Part shown: positions 47,977 to 53,838 of the stretch, one piece after another
How the letters are laid out: the number at the start of each line of letters is the position of its first letter
Position numbering within the stretch: position 1 is the stretch's first letter
DNA from: an uncultured Melioribacteraceae bacterium
GTDB taxonomy: Bacteria; Bacteroidota; Ignavibacteria; Ignavibacteriales; Melioribacteraceae
NCBI GenBank assembly: GCA_964554135.1
Contig: CAZKNM010000004.1
Span: forward strand, 1 to 53,838
Length of the DNA: 53,838 nucleotides
Reading direction: 5' to 3'
Translations under genes and position numbers: made by a program
Notes under the pieces: generated by a model
The model's input: only the letters and a program-made list of their open reading frames with translations
Database searches by the model: none
What the model was told of the DNA's origin: nothing

Positions 47977-49365
47977 ATGTCGAAATTCATTTCATCCCTT
48001 ATTCTGTTGATGATGATTATTGGTTGTAAGTTTACATATGCGCAGGATAATCTAAACTTTGAGTTTGATTATGCAAAGTTTACATATGATTCTACATCTG
48101 TTTTTATGGAGTTTTATTATTCTTTTGATCAAAGAAGCCTTATTCCAACGAAAACCGATCAAGGATTTTTAGTTGAAGCAATTTTGCACTTAGAGATGAA
48201 AAATATTGATACAGAAGAAGATTATATAAACAGAGATTGGAAAGTACAGAATATTTTACCCGATACGTCCATGGCAAGTCTGGATCAAAACTTAGTTGGT
48301 AAGATAGCCTTTGTTATACCTAAAGGGAATTATAATCTGGTAGCGGAAGGGAAAGATGTAAATAACGAAGCATCAATGAAAAAAATTGATGAAACAGTAA
48401 TAGTGCAGCCTTTTGCTACGGATAAAATTGCTGTGAGTGATATTCAGCTTTCCACAAATATAGTTAGGGATGGTGCTAATCCGAATTCGTTATTTTATAA
48501 AAACACTTTGGAAATTATCCCTAATCCGGCGATGTTATACAGCGAAACTTTTCCTGTACTTTTTTATTATACCGAACTTTATAATCTATTGAAGAATAGT
48601 ACTTCAAAATCATATAAGCTTCAAAAGGTCTTATATAATAGTCGTGGTTATACGGTGTATGAAACTTCCCTGCCTTTAGCGGCTAATCAAAATTCGATTG
48701 TTGATGTTGGATTAATCAATTTATCGAAATACCCCAGCGATACTTATAATTTAATACTTAGTGTTACAGATGAATCAACGAGTAATTCTTCATATTCCAG
48801 CAAAAGGTTTTATTTGTATAATCCCGGTGTGGTAGATACATTTGCTGAAAATCTTACGGATGTTGGATTTCTTGAAAGCGAATACTCAGTATTGAATGAA
48901 GAGGAATGTGATGATTTATTCAGCAAATCGCATTATGTACTAAGTGGAGATCAAAGTTCCGAATATAAGAAATTAACATCTCTGGAAGCTAAAAGGAAAT
49001 ATCTATACACTTTTTGGAAAGCAAAAGATATTAATCCCACAACTGCAAGAAATGAATTCAAAGAGTTATATATGGAAAGAATCAATTATGCTAATGAAAA
49101 TTTTAGACACAAGTATAAAGAGGGATATTTAACGGATAGGGGAAGAGTATATATATTGTATGGTGTTCCTGATAATAAAGATTATCACTACAGTGAGATG
49201 AATCTAAAACCATATGAAATTTGGTATTACAATTCTATAGAAGCCGGAGTTCAATTTATATTTGGAGATGTAACTGGATTTTCAAATTATGAACTGATTC
49301 ATTCTTCAAAACGTGGTGAGGTAAAGAACGAAAACTGGCAGGATCGTCTAACAATGTTAAGATAA
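47977..49365 (+). CDS. GWxTD domain-containing protein (secreted, function unknown)
   Basis: It has a signal peptide. The C-terminal region reads EGYLTDRGRVYILYGVPDNKDYHYSEMNLKPYEIWYY...FIFGDVTGFSNYELIHS. This fits the GWxTD domain, with Tyr at the Trp position. Confidence 0.7.
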   Translation: MSKFISSLILLMMIIGCKFTYAQDNLNFEFDYAKFTYDSTSVFMEFYYSFDQRSLIPTKTDQGFLVEAILHLEMKNIDTEEDYINRDWKVQNILPDTSMASLDQNLVGKIAFVIPKGNYNLVAEGKDVNNEASMKKIDETVIVQPFATDKIAVSDIQLSTNIVRDGANPNSLFYKNTLEIIPNPAMLYSETFPVLFYYTELYNLLKNSTSKSYKLQKVLYNSRGYTVYETSLPLAANQNSIVDVGLINLSKYPSDTYNLILSVTDESTSNSSYSSKRFYLYNPGVVDTFAENLTDVGFLESEYSVLNEEECDDLFSKSHYVLSGDQSSEYKKLTSLEAKRKYLYTFWKAKDINPTTARNEFKELYMERINYANENFRHKYKEGYLTDRGRVYILYGVPDNKDYHYSEMNLKPYEIWYYNSIEAGVQFIFGDVTGFSNYELIHSSKRGEVKNENWQDRLTMLR

Positions 49366-49376
49366 TTGTCGATTGA

Positions 49377-50252
49377 ATGCTAAACAGAGATAAACTTGAA
49401 TTTTATGTCTTCAGGGGGTTTGTGTGGATTGCTAAGCTTATTGGCATTACTCATCTAAAATATTTTGCTTTTACAGTTGCAGTAATTTTCTATTATATAA
49501 TTCCAATCAGAAAAAAAGTCGTCTTGAAAAATCTCAGGACGGCTTTTCCATTTTATTCAAATAGACAGATCAAAAAGATAACATTTCGAAATTATTACAA
49601 CTTTACAACGGTATTTTTTGAAATGATGTGTATGTCATATATCTCGCGTGAGACTTTACACTCTTACGTAAATTGCATTAACTTGGAATTGATAAAAGAA
49701 AAGTTTAATATAAATAAAAGACTGGTCTTATTAACAGCACATATAGGTAATTGGGAGCTTGGAGCGGCGTCGGCAAGTTCGCAACTAGGAATTCCTTTTC
49801 ATGTATTGGCTAAACCTCAAAGGAATCCATATATGACCAATTGGTTAAAATCAAATAGGGAAATGTTTGGAAATAAAGAAATCTTGTTGGGTTTATCGGC
49901 TAGAGATATTTTTATTATATTAAAAAACGGCGGGATAGTAGGAGTATTGGGTGATCAGCGGGGTCCGAACGAAAGCCCGAGGGTAAAATTTTTTGGAAGA
50001 GATACGGCTATTAACAGCGGGATAGCTGCGATAGCTTTAAAGACAAAAACACCTGTTGTTGTTGCTATGATTATCAGGCAGCCTAGCGGGTTATATAATG
50101 TTTATTTAGAAGAATTAAAGCTTGAGGAGCTGAAAGGAAACAAAGAAGAGCAAATTATCGAATTTAACCAAAAATATATGCACATCCTTGAAAAGTATGT
50201 AACCAAACACCCCGAACAGTGGTTTTGGATGCATAATATTTGGAAATACTGA
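49377..50252 (+). CDS. Lipid A biosynthesis (LpxL/HtrB-family) lysophospholipid acyltransferase
   Basis: An N-terminal TM helix is followed by the HX4E motif LTAHIGNWELG and GVLGDQRG. The C-terminus PEQWFWMHNIWK is typical of the family. Confidence 0.75.
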   Translation: MLNRDKLEFYVFRGFVWIAKLIGITHLKYFAFTVAVIFYYIIPIRKKVVLKNLRTAFPFYSNRQIKKITFRNYYNFTTVFFEMMCMSYISRETLHSYVNCINLELIKEKFNINKRLVLLTAHIGNWELGAASASSQLGIPFHVLAKPQRNPYMTNWLKSNREMFGNKEILLGLSARDIFIILKNGGIVGVLGDQRGPNESPRVKFFGRDTAINSGIAAIALKTKTPVVVAMIIRQPSGLYNVYLEELKLEELKGNKEEQIIEFNQKYMHILEKYVTKHPEQWFWMHNIWKY

Positions 50253-51271
50253 TGGAAAACAGAAGAGTATTAGTGATTCAAACCGCTTTCCTTGGAGATG
50301 CAATTCTTACTTTACCGATGATTCAGAAATTAAATGAATTGTTACCCGATTCTTTAATTGATGTAGTTTGTATCCCGAGCAGTGAAGAAATTTTCCAATC
50401 ATCCCCTTTTGTTAATAACATCATTGTGTATGATAAACGAGGGAAACACAAATCTTTAATGAATGTTTTCCGTTTAGCATACAAGATTAAAAAGAACGGT
50501 TACGAACGTATTTATGCACCTCATAGATCTTTTAGAACAGCATTGCTGGTTTTGTTATCCGGTGTAAAAGAAACATATTGTTTTGATAAAGCATCTTTCA
50601 GTTTTGTATTTAAACACAAAATTAAATACAGAGTCAATTATCATGAAGTCCAAAGAAATTTGGAATTGATCGGTGTTAATGTTGATAAAGTGAGTTGGAA
50701 AATATTACCAACAGTTCAATCGCAACCGAATTTGAAAGAGAAGGTTGAATCATTAATTTCAAATATTCCGAATAAGAAGTTAATAGCTGTTGCACCGGGT
50801 TCCGTTTGGGCTACCAAAAGGTATGTAAAGGAATATTTTCTTGAAGTCGTTAATTATTTGATTAATAAATCATATACAATAATTTTGATCGGCGGCTTAA
50901 GGGATAGAGATTTATGTTTGGAAGTGAAAAATAATTTTTCTAATTCGGTATATACAGTCGCTGGGGATTTAAGTATAATAGAGTCGATTGAATTACTAAA
51001 ATATTGCAAAGTTCTTATTTCAAATGATAGTGCTCCAACACATTTGGGGATGTGTGCCGATATTCCCACGTTCACAATTTATTGCTCAACCGTTCCATCC
51101 TTTGGATTTTATCCGTACAATGAAAAAAGCATGTGGATCAGTTATGATAACTTGGAATGCAAACCCTGCGGTATACACGGTTTCAAAAAATGCCCGATTA
51201 AGACATTCGATTGTGCTTACAAGTTAAAGCCAGAATTTGTGATTGGGAAATTGGAAAACATGCTTAGGTGA
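50252..51271 (+). CDS. ADP-heptose:LPS heptosyltransferase (GT9 family)
   Basis: Matching segments are RVLVIQTAFLGDAILTLPMIQKL, APGSVWATKRY, LIGG and NDSAPTHLG. ATG 50252 overlaps the upstream TGA (TGATG). The ORF track starts earlier, at TTG 50240. Confidence 0.8.
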   Translation: MENRRVLVIQTAFLGDAILTLPMIQKLNELLPDSLIDVVCIPSSEEIFQSSPFVNNIIVYDKRGKHKSLMNVFRLAYKIKKNGYERIYAPHRSFRTALLVLLSGVKETYCFDKASFSFVFKHKIKYRVNYHEVQRNLELIGVNVDKVSWKILPTVQSQPNLKEKVESLISNIPNKKLIAVAPGSVWATKRYVKEYFLEVVNYLINKSYTIILIGGLRDRDLCLEVKNNFSNSVYTVAGDLSIIESIELLKYCKVLISNDSAPTHLGMCADIPTFTIYCSTVPSFGFYPYNEKSMWISYDNLECKPCGIHGFKKCPIKTFDCAYKLKPEFVIGKLENMLR

Positions 51272-51416
51272 TTTGCCTGCAATTTTTAATTTGTATGGAT
51301 TTATATCATTTTTTATTCTAGACCGAATTATTGTTTTTATATGATCTATTATTTAATTTTGTTTTGGTAGAAGCTAATAAAGATTAACAATTACTTTACA
51401 ATAAGGATATAAAGTT

Positions 51417-52253
51417 GTGAAATTTTTTAATTGGCAAAATCTAAAAAAATCATTTTTATATGTTACACCAAACTTTCCTGCAATTCAAACAAAACGATAT
51501 AAATTTAGTGTTTTGCAACTTGTTTATGTGATATTAGGATATTCATTTTTTACTACTTTATTAGTTATTACACTTTTAGCATTAACACCGGCAAAAGAAC
51601 TAATTTTTATTTTTGAAAATGAGGAATTGAAAAAACAAGCCGCTAAAATAAAAGAACTGGAAACAAAGGTTGTGTTTCTGACATCTAATTTGGAGACATT
51701 AGCTTCAACAAATAAAAAACTTAAATTTGCTATGATGTTAGCAGGTACAGATACACTCGATTCTACTGCTGCTATATATGATTCGTTGCGAATTGATGAA
51801 TTAACTAAAATGCCCGCAGGTGGTAATCTTTTGCAAGCAATTAAAAAATTGTTAAATGGAGATGAAAAGCAACCTGATGATAGCGCAAATTATTTTATTA
51901 AACCGGTAAAAGGATTTATTGTAAATCAATTTAATCCTGAAAAAGGACATATGGGAATTGATTTTGCAGTAAAAAATGGTACTCCTATTTTTGCTACCGC
52001 CGGCGGCTTGGTTCTTTTTGCTGAGTACACAACTGAAGATGGTTATATGTTAATGATACAGCATGACAACAATTTAATTTCGGTTTATAAACATTGTTCA
52101 ATCTTATTAAAAAAGGAGAGAGATTATTTAGTACAAGGAGAACTAATTGCTTTAAGTGGCAATACGGGATATAATACAACCGGTTCACATCTCCATTTTG
52201 AAATATGGAAACAGGGTAAAGTGATTGATCCAACAAAATATTTAATTAATTGA
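51417..52253 (+). CDS. M23-family (LytM-type) metallopeptidase with N-terminal TM helix and coiled coil
   Basis: It has the HxxxD motif GHMGIDFA and the HxH motif GNTGYNTTGSHLHFEIW. A TM helix (LVYVILGYSFFTTLLVITLLAL) is followed by a coiled-coil-like segment. It has a GTG start. Confidence 0.85.
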   Translation: MKFFNWQNLKKSFLYVTPNFPAIQTKRYKFSVLQLVYVILGYSFFTTLLVITLLALTPAKELIFIFENEELKKQAAKIKELETKVVFLTSNLETLASTNKKLKFAMMLAGTDTLDSTAAIYDSLRIDELTKMPAGGNLLQAIKKLLNGDEKQPDDSANYFIKPVKGFIVNQFNPEKGHMGIDFAVKNGTPIFATAGGLVLFAEYTTEDGYMLMIQHDNNLISVYKHCSILLKKERDYLVQGELIALSGNTGYNTTGSHLHFEIWKQGKVIDPTKYLIN

Positions 52254-52271
52254 TATGGGAGTTAATCTAAT

Positions 52272-52637
52272 ATGTCGCAAAAAAGAAATTCCTCGTCTGC
52301 TGAAGATGTAAGTATTCTAAGTAGTGGAGTAAAGATCGAAGGTAAATTATATAGTGAAGGAAATGTACGTATTGATGGTAAACTTGTTGGGGATATTATT
52401 GTAAATGGTAATCTTACATTAGGTGAAGGCTCAGAACTTAGCGGAAAAGTAAAAGCACAGAATATTGCTATAAGTGGTAAATTGGAGGGAATTGTTACCG
52501 CATCTGAAAAACTCATTCTTGAATCAAAGGCTGTTTTGAAGGGTGATATTTCAACAAAAATACTTATAATTGAAGAGGGGGCAAAATTTGATGGCAAAAG
52601 TGTTATGGATTCCTCGCCCCATACTTCAGACGAATAA
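52272..52637 (+). CDS. Bactofilin (polymer-forming cytoskeletal protein, DUF583)
   Basis: The beta-helical repeat pattern is IEGKLYSEGNVRIDGKLVGDIIVNGNLTLGEGSELSGKVKAQNIAISGKLEGIV...LKGDISTKILIIEEGAKFDG. The length is 121 aa. Confidence 0.85.
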   Translation: MSQKRNSSSAEDVSILSSGVKIEGKLYSEGNVRIDGKLVGDIIVNGNLTLGEGSELSGKVKAQNIAISGKLEGIVTASEKLILESKAVLKGDISTKILIIEEGAKFDGKSVMDSSPHTSDE

Positions 52638-52643
52638 GTAATT

Positions 52644-52898
52644 ATGCAAAAAGAGAAATCCACTGAGAAATTTAGTAGAACGTATAGAGAGATTGGACCA
52701 TATTTAGGATTAGGAACTCAGCTTGCAGCTACGGTTATTATCCTATTTTTTGTAGGGTATTGGTTGGATGAGCGTTTTAGTTTATTTCCTTTATTGACAA
52801 TAATATTTTCGTTTCTTGGTGGAATTGTTGGCATTTATAATTTTATAAAAACAGTGATCGTTTTGAATGATAAAAAGAAGAATAGGAAAGATCTGTAA
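52644..52898 (+). CDS. AtpZ/AtpI-family small membrane protein (putative F0F1-ATPase accessory subunit)
   Basis: 84-aa ORF with two TM helices. It contains YLGLGTQLAATVIILFFVGYWLDERF. It sits at the head of the atp operon. Confidence 0.6.
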   Translation: MQKEKSTEKFSRTYREIGPYLGLGTQLAATVIILFFVGYWLDERFSLFPLLTIIFSFLGGIVGIYNFIKTVIVLNDKKKNRKDL

Positions 52899-53262
52899 AT
52901 ATGTAATTGGATTTTTAATAGTTTCATACTTATTTATTTGTATTGTATATAAATTTGATATAATATCTAAACCATTCCTATATGCAGTTCATTATGCTGT
53001 AATAATTAATTTAGTTAATTCATCTATTGCATTTCTTTTATGTGAATTTTCCTTTAGAAAATCCAATAAAACATTTTTAATAAGTGTGATTGGTGGTATG
53101 AGTATAAGATTAATAATTCTACTTGCTGTAATTTTTATTTCCCTCGAATTCTTGAATATTGATAAATATGGGTTTATATTAACATTCTTTATTTTTTATT
53201 TCTACTTATTAATAATAGAAATAAATTATCTGCAAAATAGAGCTAAAACAGAGGAAAAATAA
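52867..53262 (+). CDS. Hydrophobic membrane protein, possibly ATP synthase protein I-like
   Basis: 131-aa ORF with four predicted TM helices, immediately upstream of atpB. It overlaps the preceding ORF by 32 nt. I recognise no motif, so the assignment rests on position only. Confidence 0.35.
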   Translation: MIKRRIGKICKYVIGFLIVSYLFICIVYKFDIISKPFLYAVHYAVIINLVNSSIAFLLCEFSFRKSNKTFLISVIGGMSIRLIILLAVIFISLEFLNIDKYGFILTFFIFYFYLLIIEINYLQNRAKTEEK

Positions 53263-53274
53263 GATTTGTCTTTT

Positions 53275-53838
53275 ATGGTTATTGGTTCGCAAATAACGAC
53301 TGTAGATACATTACAAGTCGCAGTGCAAAAATCCACTGATACTAGTTGGATAATGCATCATGTATTGGATTCTCGCGAACTCGACTTAACTCCGTTTGGG
53401 ATAATTCATCTTCCGGAGATTCATTTATTTGGGATAGATATATCAATAACAAAACACATTGTTTTCATGTGGATTGCGGTATTGTTTCTTGTTGTAATAC
53501 TCACTTACGCAGCAAGATCTTATAGAAAATCAAGAGTACCCAAAGGAGTTACAAATTTAATGGAAGTTCTGATTGTATTTGTTAGAGATGAAATCGCAAA
53601 ACCTACTATTGGAACTGGTTACGAAAAATTTTTACCATACTTGTTGACCTTATTTTTATTCATTCTTACGTGTAATTTTTTAGGATTAATACCCTACGGA
53701 TCAACGGCTACTAGTAATATTTCTGTTACAGCCACATTAGCTGTTTTATCATTCTTTGTAATTCAAATAGGCGGAATAATGAAAAACGGTTTGTTCGGAT
53801 ATTTTAAAGGATTAATTCCTCATGGAATTCCTCTATGG
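53275..53838 (+). CDS. atpB: F-type ATP synthase F0 subunit a (partial, runs off right edge)
   Basis: The frame is open from ATG 53275 to the window end (188 codons) and is absent from the ORF track because it has no stop. It reads IMHHVLDSRELDL..HLPEIHLFGIDISITKHIVFMWIA...LFLFILTCNFLGLIPYGSTATSNISVT. This is typical of subunit a N-terminal halves. Confidence 0.78.
   Translation, partial: MVIGSQITTVDTLQVAVQKSTDTSWIMHHVLDSRELDLTPFGIIHLPEIHLFGIDISITKHIVFMWIAVLFLVVILTYAARSYRKSRVPKGVTNLMEVLIVFVRDEIAKPTIGTGYEKFLPYLLTLFLFILTCNFLGLIPYGSTATSNISVTATLAVLSFFVIQIGGIMKNGLFGYFKGLIPHGIPLW

Noticed and set aside
52262-52663. 133-aa minus-strand ORF covering the bactofilin gene
   Set aside because: It mirrors the repetitive bactofilin coding sequence. 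The plus-strand product has a clear DUF583 repeat pattern and an SD, and the antisense product has neither.
1-53838. Search for rRNA, tRNA, CRISPR arrays, transposases, integrases, toxin-antitoxin pairs and known defence genes
   Set aside because: I found no regularly spaced direct repeats, no GC-rich cloverleaf-like intergenic segments, and no ORF with recombinase, transposase or nuclease motifs. All intergenic gaps except 39292-39885 are under 240 bp. Visual scanning cannot exclude small ncRNAs.

Overview
The window looks like a low-GC chromosomal segment from an FCB-superphylum bacterium. An Ignavibacteria- or Chlorobi-like origin is my inference from the T9SS components, frequent AAGGAG-type Shine-Dalgarno sites and AT-rich codon usage; I have no database evidence. 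Almost all credible genes lie on the + strand. In order they are: (1) a dcw cell-division cluster, murD(truncated)-ftsW-murG-murC-ftsQ(frameshifted)-ftsA-ftsZ, at 101-7964. (2) A roughly 20-kb Wzx/Wzy-type surface-polysaccharide locus at 8884-28841, with rfbB, a Wza-like exporter, Wzz, two flippases, a Wzy-like polymerase, eight glycosyltransferase domains, a WbaP-type priming transferase, a Ppm-like synthase, an embedded lhgO, and a GT2 fused to a degenerate phosphoglycosyl-transferase remnant. (3) A housekeeping block with accA, a thioesterase, a third MOP flippase, dut, dnaE, an enoyl-reductase-like SDR, an acyl-CoA dehydrogenase and trxA. (4) An outer-membrane module at 38302-49365: a secreted Reg_prop beta-propeller, a 594-bp structured AT-rich leader, a CarboxypepD_reg-type TonB-dependent receptor, a cargo protein of about 1250 aa with a T9SS C-terminal sorting domain (split by a frameshift), a PorV-like barrel, a strong terminator and a GWxTD protein. 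(5) LPS core and lipid A genes (LpxL-like, GT9 heptosyltransferase), an M23 peptidase-bactofilin pair, and the start of the F-type ATP synthase operon. I saw no rRNA, tRNA, CRISPR array, transposase, integrase or recognisable defence system. The best candidate for an undescribed system is the operon-like TBDR / giant T9SS cargo / PorV paralog unit. Three small reading-frame breaks and an abrupt loss of murD homology at about position 100 suggest draft-quality sequence or real lesions, and should be checked before any biological interpretation.
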